Positions 16,965 to 27,311 of a stretch of DNA of 64,000 nt are shown here, one piece after another (the stretch's first letter is position 1; every line of letters starts with the position of its first letter). The stretch lies in the NCBI GenBank assembly GCA_964500505.1, contig CAZCNN010000002.1, positions 4,081 through 68,080 of the forward strand, written 5' to 3'. Made by a program: the position numbers and the translations under genes. The notes beneath the pieces were generated by a model that was given only the letters and a program-made list of their open reading frames with translations, made no database searches and was not told the origin of the DNA. The stretch comes from an uncultured Bdellovibrionales bacterium. GTDB lineage: Bacteria > Patescibacteriota > Minisyncoccia > Moranbacterales > UBA1568.

Positions 16965-18521
16965 ATGGCCACCAAGAAAGTCCAAAGTGAAAAATCGCTC
17001 GAGAAGTGGATCTGGGATGCCGCCTGCGCCATCCGGGGTTCAAAAGATGCCAGCAAATTTAAGGACTATATCCTCCCGCTTATCTTCGTGAAGCGGCTCT
17101 GTGATGTCTTTGATGATGAACTTCGGACCAAGATCAAGGCGGCAACGCTCTCTGATGGGAGGAAAAAAGCCAAGCTCGACAACAGCCGGGTGCGTTTCTA
17201 TATTCCTATCACTCCGAAGAATCCAGAGGACGATACTTGGAGTGCAATCAGGTCGCTCTCAAGCAATATTGGTCAGGAGCTCACTCGGATCATCCGGGAA
17301 GTGGCAGCGAGCAACCCCTTGCTCGATGATGTCATTACGAGGGTGGACTACAATGCGACGACCCGGGGAGAGCGAGAAATTGACGACCATCAGCTCTCCA
17401 ACTTGATCGAAGCAGTGAGCCAGAAGCGGCTCGGTTTGAATGATGTCGATCCGGATATCATCGGGCGAGCGTATGAATACCTCATCCGAAAGTTTGCGGA
17501 GAATTCCGGTAAATCCGGGGGCGAGTTCTTCACTCCGCCAGAAGTCGGACAAATCATGGCTCGGATTATGAACCCGGAGCCAGGGATGCATATCTATGAC
17601 CCGACTTGTGGCTCGGCAGGACTCCTCATCAAGTGCGAGTCGGTGTTGAATGACAGAATGCAGAGTGAGGGGAAAAAGGTGTTTACCCCACTTAGTCTCT
17701 ATGGTCAGGAAAAGGAGACGGACAACTGGGCGATGGCCAAGATGAACATGATAATCCATGACATGGAGGGTGATATAGAGACAGGTGACACCTTCAATAA
17801 TCCGAAATTCAAGGATGCAACAGGGCACGGCGTGCGGAAGTTTGATCGGGCGGTAGCTAATCCGATGTGGAATCAACCTGATTTTCGAGAGGAAGTTTAT
17901 ACCGATGATGCTTACCATCGTTTTCCGGCAGGGAATCCTGGCGGTAAAGCGGACTGGGGCTGGGTGCAGCATATCTTCTCAAGTCTAAAAGACGATGGTC
18001 GGGCGGCTGTGGTTCTCGATACGGGTGCTGTTTCTCGGGGAAGTGGAAGTGCTAATACTGACAAAGAGAAAGAGGTTCGGAAATGGTTTATTGAGCACGA
18101 CTTGATCGAGGGTGTTTTATATCTACCAGAGAACTTGTTTTACAACACAACTGCGCCGGGGATCATTCTCTTTCTGAACAAGCAGAAACCCGAAAAGCTC
18201 AAAGACAAGTTACTCCTCATTAATGCCAGTCATGAATTCGAGAAGGGCAATCCAAAGAATTACATTAGCTCGGAGCAGGCACAGAAGATCGCTGATGCTT
18301 TCAATGCAAAAAAAGTGGTAGAGAATTTCAGTGTGTTCGTTTCGAAGTCGGACATAGTGAAAAATGACTACAACATTTCGCCGTCGAGGTATATCCATCT
18401 CGGCGGAGTAGAGGAGTATGTGCCAGTGGAAGATATCTTGAGTGATCTAGTCGAAGTTGAGACTAAGGCAAAAGAAGTGGATAAGAATCTCCAAAAGGTG
18501 CTAAAAGAGCTTGGATTCTAG
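16965..18521 (+). CDS. hsdM: Type I restriction-modification methyltransferase subunit
   Basis: GEFFTP, YDPTCGSAG, ANPMWN, LFYNT. Confidence 0.95.
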   Translation: MATKKVQSEKSLEKWIWDAACAIRGSKDASKFKDYILPLIFVKRLCDVFDDELRTKIKAATLSDGRKKAKLDNSRVRFYIPITPKNPEDDTWSAIRSLSSNIGQELTRIIREVAASNPLLDDVITRVDYNATTRGEREIDDHQLSNLIEAVSQKRLGLNDVDPDIIGRAYEYLIRKFAENSGKSGGEFFTPPEVGQIMARIMNPEPGMHIYDPTCGSAGLLIKCESVLNDRMQSEGKKVFTPLSLYGQEKETDNWAMAKMNMIIHDMEGDIETGDTFNNPKFKDATGHGVRKFDRAVANPMWNQPDFREEVYTDDAYHRFPAGNPGGKADWGWVQHIFSSLKDDGRAAVVLDTGAVSRGSGSANTDKEKEVRKWFIEHDLIEGVLYLPENLFYNTTAPGIILFLNKQKPEKLKDKLLLINASHEFEKGNPKNYISSEQAQKIADAFNAKKVVENFSVFVSKSDIVKNDYNISPSRYIHLGGVEEYVPVEDILSDLVEVETKAKEVDKNLQKVLKELGF

Positions 18522-18522
18522 T

Positions 18523-19725
18523 ATGGCAACACGAGTCTCTACAAAGGAATGGAGAAAAACAAGATTGGTAGATGCTTGTGATTTGAACATGGGCCAATCT
18601 CCAGATTCAAAAACATACAATAACACTGGCGAGGGACTACCATTTTTTCAAGGGAAAACAGACTTCGGTCGAAGGCATCCGAGTGTTCGAATATATTGCA
18701 GTGACCCGAAAAAAGTCGTTGATGTGGGCGACATCTTAATTTCTGTACGTGCACCTGTAGGGCCAGTAAACATTGCAGATGCAAAAAGTTGTATTGGCAG
18801 AGGTCTTGCCGGGTTAAGGTCCAAGAATGAAGTACTGGATCAAGATTTTCTGTATTTTGAACTTTTGTTGAACGAAAAAAGCATTGCCTCTCTTGGTTCC
18901 GGAAGTACTTTCCATGCAATCAACAAATCACAATTGGCGGATCTCGAGTTTGATCTCCCGTCATTACCAGAACAAAAGGCCATTGCACGAGTGCTGACAA
19001 CTGTGCAGGATGCGATTGCTGAGCAGGAAAATCTCATTGCAAAGCTCAAGGAGTTGAAGCGGAGCATGATGCAGCATCTGTTTACTCACGGCACTCAAGG
19101 CGAAGTGACCAAAATGACTGAGATAGGGGAGATTCCAGAGAGTTGGGCAATCGAGAAGTTGGGCGATATCTGCGAGACAAGTAGCGGTGGTACTCCGAGT
19201 AGGACTAAAAAGGAATACTACTCAGGACATATCCTATGGGTAAAGTCTGGTGAAATGAACGATGGCTATATTTCTGATTCGGAGGAGAAAATAACTAGAG
19301 AGGCAGTAGAAAATTCATCGGCGAAATTGTTTGAGTCGGGTACTTTATTGATAGCAATGTATGGGGCAACCGCTGGAAAAACAGCAATTATTAGCCGGGA
19401 GGCAACGACGAATCAGGCTGTTTGTGGAATTTTTAAGAACAGTAGGGTAGATCTTGAATTTATTCGTTACGCCTTGATTTTGAGAAGAGGGTTTCTATTG
19501 GATCAGCGGCATGGTGGTGCTCAGCCGAACTTGAGCCAGACTAGTATTAGAAATCTCTACATACCATTACCAAAAATTGAGGAGCAGGAAAAAATCTCCA
19601 ACAGTCTCATTGCAATAGAGAAGAAGATCGTGTCGACACGGGTCAAGCTGGCGTCGTATCAAAGCCTTTTTAAAACACTACTTCATGAGTTGATGAGTGG
19701 AGAAGTGAGAATAAAAAATATATGA
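18523..19725 (+). CDS. hsdS: Type I restriction-modification specificity subunit
   Basis: Two TRDs (MGQSP, SGGTPSR) with LPEQKAIA / PKIEEQEKI conserved regions and a TEIGEIPESW linker. Confidence 0.95.
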   Translation: MATRVSTKEWRKTRLVDACDLNMGQSPDSKTYNNTGEGLPFFQGKTDFGRRHPSVRIYCSDPKKVVDVGDILISVRAPVGPVNIADAKSCIGRGLAGLRSKNEVLDQDFLYFELLLNEKSIASLGSGSTFHAINKSQLADLEFDLPSLPEQKAIARVLTTVQDAIAEQENLIAKLKELKRSMMQHLFTHGTQGEVTKMTEIGEIPESWAIEKLGDICETSSGGTPSRTKKEYYSGHILWVKSGEMNDGYISDSEEKITREAVENSSAKLFESGTLLIAMYGATAGKTAIISREATTNQAVCGIFKNSRVDLEFIRYALILRRGFLLDQRHGGAQPNLSQTSIRNLYIPLPKIEEQEKISNSLIAIEKKIVSTRVKLASYQSLFKTLLHELMSGEVRIKNI

Positions 19726-22601
19726 TCAATCCATACCTAAAAGGATCAATATGGCGAAAATGGGACCTGCAAACGCAGACCATTTTGGACGATAGCTATA
19801 TCTCTCTTTCCGAATATAGTGCTGAAATAAAGAAGACGAACCTTGCTGAGTGGCAACGGTATGTTGCCAAAGTTGGAGGCGAAGCCAACGCACTGCTCTA
19901 TGACTCAAAAGCATATTTTAATGACACGAGGATCGCAAAGAGTGATAGATGCGTAAATTATGTAAGGAATTACTTCGCTTTTCTCGAAGTGTTCAACCCT
20001 GATTTGGAGTGTGTGGGAATCACAGATCACAATTATTTTGACGACACCTTACTGGATACTTTCATTGAGTATTCACAACAATCAAAGTGTAGAATCATAC
20101 CGGGGGTAGAGATCAACTGTCAGGGTATTCACATGCTTCTGTTCTTTCCAAACAAGTTATATGGAAAGTCGACCTTCTCAGCTGGCATCCATGCATTTTT
20201 AATGAAGTTTAATATTGATAATCGAACGACTGATGCTGGAGTTCTCACTACTACATCACGAGACATCAAAGAGATTCTTGATGAGGTGAAAAAGAATGGT
20301 GGCATCGTTATATACCCTCACTGCAATAGCAGTAATGGACTCTTTCAAGAAAGAACAGCTAGTGATCGTACATATCTTGCGGACATTTTTAACCATCAGA
20401 AGGTGAACCTCCTGCAATCACAACACAACCAGTCGTCTGTGATATTGAGTGATTACATAAAAACAAATGCATCACTGACTGCAAAGTTCTGTTCGCATAT
20501 CAGCTCTGACGCCCGATCTCTGCGGGACTATGGACGCAGTGATCAAGACAATAACTTTTTATGGATTAAAGCGGATCCAACTTTTGAGGGATTGCGACAG
20601 ATTATTTATGAGCCAGAGCAACGCATCTTTGTTGGCCCACAGAAACCGGAAGAAAAGAAGTCATACTTCGTGATCGATAAGGTTCGCTTCATTGATAACT
20701 CTAGTGATGCAAAATTCACTAGTGATCAAATAGAGGTCAATCAGAATCTGACCACAATCATTGGTGGCAAATCGACTGGTAAATCGCTTCTGCTCTACTA
20801 CATGGCAAAAACGATTGATGGTCAGGAGGTCAAAAATAGGACAACTGATGCAGGCGTATCAATCAAGTATGACTTCGATACATCACCAGACTTCAACTTT
20901 GAGGTACTGTGGAAAGATGGTCAAAAGACACTATTGAAAGTGCCAGAAGGAACAAACGAAGAGGGGTCGAAAGAGCGTAAAATACTATACATACCGCAAA
21001 AGTATCTCAATACTCTCTCTGAAGCAAACATAGCAAGCCGTGAAGCTCTCAACGAGTTTGTTTTGGGCGTCATACTACAAGATGCAACTATTAGGGAAAA
21101 ATATGATGAAACTCTTCAAGAAATAAAAACCAAGACTAAGTCTGTGCCGAATGAGATCAATGAGCTTTTTTCTGACTTGGCGGATATCAAGAAAACTGAG
21201 GAGGAGCTGAAGCAGGCTGGTGATGAGAAAGGTATTGAGAGTTACATAGAGACTCTTCAAAAACGGGCAGACGACATCAAGGCGAAGTCTGGATTGACCG
21301 AGGATCAGATTAATCAATTCGAGGAATTGGTAACAAAGGAAAAAGAGATAAGTACACAGATCTCGAATCTTGAAGAAGACAAGAAAACCATAAAGAACCT
21401 CAATGTCAGTCTAGCTTCTCAAGTAGAAGGCCTTCGTACCACGACCGAAGAGTATGAGGCATACCTCAATGACGCTGACATCAAAACGAAATTTAAAACA
21501 GAGCTGAAAATCATTGACTCTTTTGTGCCAAATATTAAAACTGGTACAACAAATCTCATTACGGTTATAGATGCAAGAATTAAAGTTCACAACTTGGAGT
21601 TGGTAACAATCAAGGCAGGACTTGTACCATTACTGGCGAAAGTGCAAATGCAGACAGAGTTACAGGCACAAACAGATGCAATTAAAAAGGAACAGCAGAA
21701 GTTGAACGAGATAGCACTCAAAGCAAACAATCTCAAGACCAAGAAGGCCTCCTACAAAAAGAAGGCGGACGGAGTCATGGATTCATATAGCCAAATCATT
21801 GCGAAGTACGAGGGCTTAAGGAATGAGTTCAAGAAGTTTGAAAGCAAGTTTGGAGACATAACACTTGGAGTCCATGTCAGTTTTAATGACGATGCTTTTA
21901 ATGCAGAAGTGGTCAAGGAATATATCAACAAAAACGACCTAAAACGAGTGATAGTAGAGGCCGAGTGGGGCGATGAGTTTGTGTATCAATACGATCCGGT
22001 TAAACACTCGGCAAATATTACGACCGTATTCGAAGGTCTTATTGGTGGCACGATCAACACAGTCAAGAATCGTCAGCCCAAAGATGCGGTGGCGAAATTA
22101 CTAGAGAATTACTTCTTTCTCGATTTCCATATCTTCTACAAAAACGACTCGCTAGACAAGATGTCGCCCGGCAAAAAAGGATTGGTACTACTTCAGTTGC
22201 TAATAAACTTGAGCGATGAGGAGTGGCCTATTCTACTTGATCAACCAGAGGATGATCTTGATAACCGCTCGGTATACGACGACCTTGTGGACTTCCTAAA
22301 AAAGAAGAAGTTACAGAGGCAAATAATCATTGTTACCCATAATCCAAACCTTGTTGTTGGCGCTGACGCAGAAGAAACTATCGTTGCAAATCAATCAGGA
22401 CAAGAGGTGGGCAGAGAGAATAAGAAGTTTCGTTTTGAATATGTTACCGGAGCTCTAGAGAATACGTTTGAGGTTGATGTGACAGTCGAGCCAGCAATCC
22501 TGTACCGTAAAGGCATTCGCCAGCATGTTTGTGAGATACTCGAGGGTGGTAAAGAAGCGTTTCAAAAGCGTGAGCAAAAGTATAGTTTTCCACAAGAATA
22601 A
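19722..22601 (+). CDS. PHP domain + SMC/ABC-type ATPase (Ppl/TrlF-like defence protein)
   Basis: GSIWRKWDL, GITDHN, PGVEIN, WIKADPTFEGLRQ, Walker A GGKSTGKS, coiled coil, MSPGKK, LLDQPEDDLDN, VTHNPN. Confidence 0.88.
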   Translation: MINPYLKGSIWRKWDLQTQTILDDSYISLSEYSAEIKKTNLAEWQRYVAKVGGEANALLYDSKAYFNDTRIAKSDRCVNYVRNYFAFLEVFNPDLECVGITDHNYFDDTLLDTFIEYSQQSKCRIIPGVEINCQGIHMLLFFPNKLYGKSTFSAGIHAFLMKFNIDNRTTDAGVLTTTSRDIKEILDEVKKNGGIVIYPHCNSSNGLFQERTASDRTYLADIFNHQKVNLLQSQHNQSSVILSDYIKTNASLTAKFCSHISSDARSLRDYGRSDQDNNFLWIKADPTFEGLRQIIYEPEQRIFVGPQKPEEKKSYFVIDKVRFIDNSSDAKFTSDQIEVNQNLTTIIGGKSTGKSLLLYYMAKTIDGQEVKNRTTDAGVSIKYDFDTSPDFNFEVLWKDGQKTLLKVPEGTNEEGSKERKILYIPQKYLNTLSEANIASREALNEFVLGVILQDATIREKYDETLQEIKTKTKSVPNEINELFSDLADIKKTEEELKQAGDEKGIESYIETLQKRADDIKAKSGLTEDQINQFEELVTKEKEISTQISNLEEDKKTIKNLNVSLASQVEGLRTTTEEYEAYLNDADIKTKFKTELKIIDSFVPNIKTGTTNLITVIDARIKVHNLELVTIKAGLVPLLAKVQMQTELQAQTDAIKKEQQKLNEIALKANNLKTKKASYKKKADGVMDSYSQIIAKYEGLRNEFKKFESKFGDITLGVHVSFNDDAFNAEVVKEYINKNDLKRVIVEAEWGDEFVYQYDPVKHSANITTVFEGLIGGTINTVKNRQPKDAVAKLLENYFFLDFHIFYKNDSLDKMSPGKKGLVLLQLLINLSDEEWPILLDQPEDDLDNRSVYDDLVDFLKKKKLQRQIIIVTHNPNLVVGADAEETIVANQSGQEVGRENKKFRFEYVTGALENTFEVDVTVEPAILYRKGIRQHVCEILEGGKEAFQKREQKYSFPQE

Positions 22602-22609
22602 GTAATCCT

Positions 22610-25486
22610 ATGAAACCATCCGAAGCAAAATCAGTACAAGAGCGAATTATTAAGTATGCGGTCGAGTCCGGGTGGGCACTGGTTTCTCGTGCCGAAAGCG
22701 ACGCCCGCCGTGGTGATGAAATGGTATACAATGGCCAGCCCTACTATTCGGATGTGCTGATGCCAAAACTGCGAGAATTCAACCCATGGCTCCCGGCAGA
22801 CTATAGTGTTCCGACACCGGTCTCAAAGATAGAAGGAAATCGGCAGATACTACTCGCTCTCCGCGGACAGAGTACAGCCTATGATGAGGCAGAAAAACGA
22901 GAGCGCAATGTGAAAGTGATCGATTTTAAGCGCCTGGAGCGCAATGTCTATGAAGTAACGAGCGAGTTTGCTTTCTCGAATGGCCGATACAGTAATCGGC
23001 AGGATATCGTTTTCATGATCAATGGAGTGCCGATTATCGATCTGGAATGCAAGAACCTGACCACAGCGGAAGGGATTGATAAGGCACTGGATCAGATACG
23101 AAGGTATCATCGTGAGACGCCAGAGCTCTTGGTCCTTGAGCAGGGCTATGTTGCTAGTGAGGGGATGCGGCTTGAGTATGGCGTGACTTGGAATACGGTG
23201 AGGCGCAATATCTTCAAGTGGAATGGCGATAAGGTAGGGGAGCTCGAGAACAAGATTAAGACTTTTTTCGATATCAAGCACATTCTCAATTTGGTGGAGA
23301 AATATATCATGTTCATCGAGAAGGATGAAGAATTGACCAAGCTCGTCCTACGGGAGCATCAGGCGAATGCGGTGGAGGCGGTGTTGACCCGGGCATTGAA
23401 AGAAGATGCAACGAGAGGATTGGTCTGGCATACACAGGGCTCAGGGAAGACTTTTACCATGATCAAGACAGCCGAGCTCTTGTTCAAGAGTGATGAGGCA
23501 GACAAGCCGACGGTCATCATGATGCTCGATAGGAATGAGCTCGAGGGACAGATGGAGGGGAATTTGATGGCTGCCGGACTCTCGAATGTCCGAAAGGCGC
23601 TGAGTATTACGGACCTGGTAGAAATACTCCGTTCAGACTATCGGGGTATCGTCATTACCATGATCCATAAATTCCGTGGATTGCCGGCCGATTTGAACAC
23701 CCGAAAGAATATCTTTGTCTTGATTGATGAGGCGCATCGTTCAACTGGGAGCGACCTTGGGACATTTGTAATGGCAGCTATGCCGAATGCGACCTTTGTT
23801 GGGTATACCGGAACGCCGATTGATAAAGCGCAGTACGGCAAGGGGACATTCAAGACTTTTGGAGTGGATGATGCCAAAGGGTATCTGCATAAATACAGTA
23901 TTAGTGAGAGTATCGCTGACGGCACAACATTACCGCTCTACTATAGCTTGGCACCCAATGAGATGCTTGTACCCAAAGAAACGCTTGAAAGGGAGTTTCT
24001 AAACCTCGCCGAGGAGCATGGAGTGACGGATATCGAAGAGTTGAATGCAATTCTCGAGCGAGCGGTGAATACCCGGAACTTTCTCAAGGGTGCCGGACGC
24101 ATCGAAAAGGTAGGTAAGTTTATCGCTGAACACTTCAAGGAATATATCGAGCCGATGAACTATAAGGCATTTGTCGTCGCTGTCGATCGTGAAGCGTGTG
24201 CCTTGTACAAAAAGGAACTAGACAAGTATCTGCCGAAGGCATGGAGCGAGGTGGTCTACACGAGCAATAATAACGATACCGAACTCTTGAAGGAGTTTGA
24301 CCATGATGAGGAGATCGAGAAGAAGATCCGGCGAGACTTCGCCCGATTTGGCGGCACGCCAAAAATCCTTATCGTGACTGAAAAGCTCCTGACGGGTTAT
24401 GATGCACCGATCCTGTACTGCATGTATCTGGATAAGCCGATGCGTGACCATGCATTGCTCCAGACTATCGCTCGAGTGAATCGTCCGTATGAGAATGAAG
24501 AGATGAAAATGATGAAGCCTCACGGTTTTGTGCTCGACTTTGTGGGAATATTCGACAAGCTCGAAAAAGCGCTGTCGTTTGATAGTGATGAAGTGAATGC
24601 CATCGTCAAAGACTTGTCGCTTTTGAAAGAGCGGTTTGTGAAGAAACTAACTGAAGAGGCAAAGCCGTATTCGGATCTCCTTGTTGGTCCGTTTGATGAC
24701 CGGCTCGCAGGGGTCTTGATTGAGCATTTCCGGGATGAAGAAGTGAGGAAAGCATTCTTCAAACTCTACAACGAGATTGAGATGTTCTATGAGATCATTT
24801 CTCCGGATGCGTTCTTACGACCCTATGTGGATCAGTACATGACTCTTTCAAGCGCCTATCAAGTGGTACGAAATGCCTATGCCGACCATGTCTCTATCGA
24901 CCGAGAGTTTCAAAAGAAGACAGCGGCACTGGTGCAGGAACATATTCAGAGTAGTCCGATCAAATTGGGTACGGAGATAGTCCGACTTGATGAGAAGGGG
25001 ATCGCACTGATCAAAGAAAAGAATCAGCCGGATGAGGTGAAGATTATCAACCTGATCAAGAGTATTCAGCGATTGGCTGAGGAGAAGTCCAATGACCCAG
25101 TGCTCATTTCGGTCAAAGAGCGGGCTGAGGATATCTTGGATGCGTACTCAAGCCGACAGATGACCACGCAGGAAGCCTTGAAACAGTTGCTTGCTTTGGC
25201 TGAAGGCGAGGCGGAGCGGAGTGCGGAACAGGAGAAAGAGGGTATTTCTTCGGTAGCTTGGTTTATCCGGGATTTACTGGCGGAGAGCAAGATTATCGAT
25301 ATGCAAGTGGTAAAAGAGCTTGAAACGATAATCGGGCAGTATCCAGAGTTTGCCAAGAGCGAGAAGCTGACTCGTGATCTTCGAAATCATATCTATAGAG
25401 GTCTTGGCGCACTTGATCTTACTCCCACGGAGGAGAAAAGAATAACTGATCAGTTGCTCGAGACTCTCGTGCGAACAAGTCTATGA
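22610..25486 (+). CDS. hsdR: Type I restriction endonuclease subunit R
   Basis: DIVFMING...ECKN, WHTQGSGKT, IDEAHRS, GYTGTP, LLTGYDAP, QTIARVNR. Confidence 0.95.
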   Translation: MKPSEAKSVQERIIKYAVESGWALVSRAESDARRGDEMVYNGQPYYSDVLMPKLREFNPWLPADYSVPTPVSKIEGNRQILLALRGQSTAYDEAEKRERNVKVIDFKRLERNVYEVTSEFAFSNGRYSNRQDIVFMINGVPIIDLECKNLTTAEGIDKALDQIRRYHRETPELLVLEQGYVASEGMRLEYGVTWNTVRRNIFKWNGDKVGELENKIKTFFDIKHILNLVEKYIMFIEKDEELTKLVLREHQANAVEAVLTRALKEDATRGLVWHTQGSGKTFTMIKTAELLFKSDEADKPTVIMMLDRNELEGQMEGNLMAAGLSNVRKALSITDLVEILRSDYRGIVITMIHKFRGLPADLNTRKNIFVLIDEAHRSTGSDLGTFVMAAMPNATFVGYTGTPIDKAQYGKGTFKTFGVDDAKGYLHKYSISESIADGTTLPLYYSLAPNEMLVPKETLEREFLNLAEEHGVTDIEELNAILERAVNTRNFLKGAGRIEKVGKFIAEHFKEYIEPMNYKAFVVAVDREACALYKKELDKYLPKAWSEVVYTSNNNDTELLKEFDHDEEIEKKIRRDFARFGGTPKILIVTEKLLTGYDAPILYCMYLDKPMRDHALLQTIARVNRPYENEEMKMMKPHGFVLDFVGIFDKLEKALSFDSDEVNAIVKDLSLLKERFVKKLTEEAKPYSDLLVGPFDDRLAGVLIEHFRDEEVRKAFFKLYNEIEMFYEIISPDAFLRPYVDQYMTLSSAYQVVRNAYADHVSIDREFQKKTAALVQEHIQSSPIKLGTEIVRLDEKGIALIKEKNQPDEVKIINLIKSIQRLAEEKSNDPVLISVKERAEDILDAYSSRQMTTQEALKQLLALAEGEAERSAEQEKEGISSVAWFIRDLLAESKIIDMQVVKELETIIGQYPEFAKSEKLTRDLRNHIYRGLGALDLTPTEEKRITDQLLETLVRTSL

Positions 25487-25812
25487 AAAGAAAAACAGTA
25501 AAAACATGGGAGTCGAAGAAGGAATTTAAGGAGGAGGTATATCTGTGCGCCAATAAAATCAAAGTGAAACTGAAGCAGGTGACACTCCGGCTGATGACTC
25601 GAAAGTGGGCGAGCTGTTCGACTAATGGCTATTTTACTTTCAACACCGAACTCTTGGGTATGGATCGTTCGCTGGGTGAGTATGTGATCATGCATGAGCT
25701 CCTTCATTACCATGTCCCGAACCATGGAAAGCTTTGGAAGAGTCTAATGATGGTACATATGCCGGACCATGAGAAGAGGGCACAGAAGCTGAAAGTCATG
25801 CATAGTAGATAG
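25483..25812 (+). CDS. Short YgjP/DUF45 (M48-like) metallopeptidase associated with type I R-M
   Basis: KWASCS, YVIMHELLH, NHGKLW. Confidence 0.85.
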   Translation: MKRKTVKTWESKKEFKEEVYLCANKIKVKLKQVTLRLMTRKWASCSTNGYFTFNTELLGMDRSLGEYVIMHELLHYHVPNHGKLWKSLMMVHMPDHEKRAQKLKVMHSR

Positions 25813-25900
25813 AATGCTTTATCTAAGCCACAAGACTGGATTTTTCAGTGAAAATTTGATAATATGTAGAGGTGAGAACAATTTGAAAAAGTAGCCTAAA

Positions 25901-26030
25901 CCAGTAGCGATACTGGCATGGTGAAAAAGTCCAGTTAGACATAAAGATCCCATCGTATGGGGTGTCTAACTGGCCGTATCGGGAAACTGGTACGAGGAGC
26001 TTCGGCTTCTACCTATGCGGTGGGTTTTTT
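25901..26030 (+). ncRNA. Candidate structured RNA or leader
   Basis: Hairpins closed by GCGA, GAAA and C(TTCG)G tetraloops, an 11-bp stem CCAGTTAGACA/TGTCTAACTGG, and a terminal T-tract. Confidence 0.55.
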
Positions 26031-26050
26031 GCATTTATTTTTACAAAACT

Positions 26051-26203
26051 ATGAAAGAAGATTTTTTTAATCCATTCGCCATGATATTTGGAGGGATACC
26101 GATTTCACTCGGTATATACGGTCTAATGACAAACGGCGAACAATGGTTCTCCTATATTCTGATTTTTGGCGGAGCATATTTTTGGTGGTGGTGGGTCAAG
26201 TAA
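26051..26203 (+). CDS. Small two-TM membrane protein
   Basis: 50-aa hydrophobic ORF in operon-like arrangement. Confidence 0.55.
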   Translation: MKEDFFNPFAMIFGGIPISLGIYGLMTNGEQWFSYILIFGGAYFWWWWVK

Positions 26204-26216
26204 TTCGGTAGAGAAC

Positions 26217-26687
26217 ATGAGTGAATTTTGCTCAAAATGCGGAGTCGAAACAAGTGATAGTGATGACCTACACTGTCGCAGAGTATTTGTTGATGAAATG
26301 AATAAACTCCTGTCGTTGCAGGACTTTGAAAAAGCGCAGGCCCTCTACCTTTCAGTATCGTTCGATGACGTGTGGAAGGAGCACTTTTTACACAGTAAGG
26401 GAGGCAGTTTAGGTCGACTGATACTAAATGAGGTAAAGAGAACAAAAACTAAACAACGCCATCGAGAACTACTAACTTCTTCAGGTATAGCCTACAAAGG
26501 GGTATCAGCTATTTCAGCGATGAAGAAACATCGTATTACTCATTGTTACGAATGCAAGGAATCTTTAGATAACTCAAGCGATATCGAGTGCAATATCTGT
26601 GGATGGATTATCTGTGATCTTGGTCACTGTGACTGTGTGCGCCGAGAAAATCAGAGACAACTAAGTAGTGTAGATATAAGCATATGA
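26217..26687 (+). CDS. Cys-rich putative zinc-binding protein
   Basis: CSKC, HCYECK, CNICGWIIC..GHCDC. Confidence 0.7.
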   Translation: MSEFCSKCGVETSDSDDLHCRRVFVDEMNKLLSLQDFEKAQALYLSVSFDDVWKEHFLHSKGGSLGRLILNEVKRTKTKQRHRELLTSSGIAYKGVSAISAMKKHRITHCYECKESLDNSSDIECNICGWIICDLGHCDCVRRENQRQLSSVDISI

Positions 26688-27289
26688 AAAACAAACTTCT
26701 CTATATCGCGGTATCAGTCTTTCTCTTCATCGGAGTCTTTTATCTTGTCTGGCAAAGGCTTCACTCCGAACGAGCACCCACAACAGAAGCTGTCGCACCT
26801 ACTGTCCAAGATCAAGTAGTCGAGGCAGTAGCAGAAGAGAATTACCCTGTAGCCGAAGAAATCACTTTTACTGCAGATCAACTGAAATCCTACTATGCCG
26901 TCTACGATGATTCATTTGTTATCCATATTAGGAAAGCCTTGAATGGGTATCTCTCAGGAACGAATGAGGGGATGGAGATACCGGCTGCCGTCATAGAAAA
27001 ACATGATATGACCAGTGGCTCTCTTGGGGGACTGGCAGCGTTTGAGAAAGACTACTATCAGAGCAAGTTCGTCGTGGTAGCCCTAGAAGATGCCCTGATG
27101 GGAGGGAAGACGGCAACCATCATCTTTCAGGATAGGCCGGACCGAGTCTTTACCGCCTGGGTATACAAGCTAGGTGAGGATCAATATGACCTCCGAGGAT
27201 TCTGGGAAGACGGAAAAGCTACTCAGAATATCGACGAAACCCTCAAGACTCTTGGAAAATTCGTTTTTGATAAAGAGCACAGTCTATAA
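26684..27289 (+). CDS. Membrane-anchored hypothetical protein
   Basis: N-terminal TM helix, ATGA overlap with the upstream gene. Confidence 0.75.
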   Translation: MKNKLLYIAVSVFLFIGVFYLVWQRLHSERAPTTEAVAPTVQDQVVEAVAEENYPVAEEITFTADQLKSYYAVYDDSFVIHIRKALNGYLSGTNEGMEIPAAVIEKHDMTSGSLGGLAAFEKDYYQSKFVVVALEDALMGGKTATIIFQDRPDRVFTAWVYKLGEDQYDLRGFWEDGKATQNIDETLKTLGKFVFDKEHSL

Positions 27290-27311
27290 GTAATTACTCT
27301 AAAGTAACACT

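Noticed and set aside
25880-25935. c-di-GMP-I riboswitch resemblance (AAACC...GNRA...GG)
   Set aside because: Lacks the conserved GCAAAC and GACGCAAAG elements; kept only as an unclassified structured RNA.
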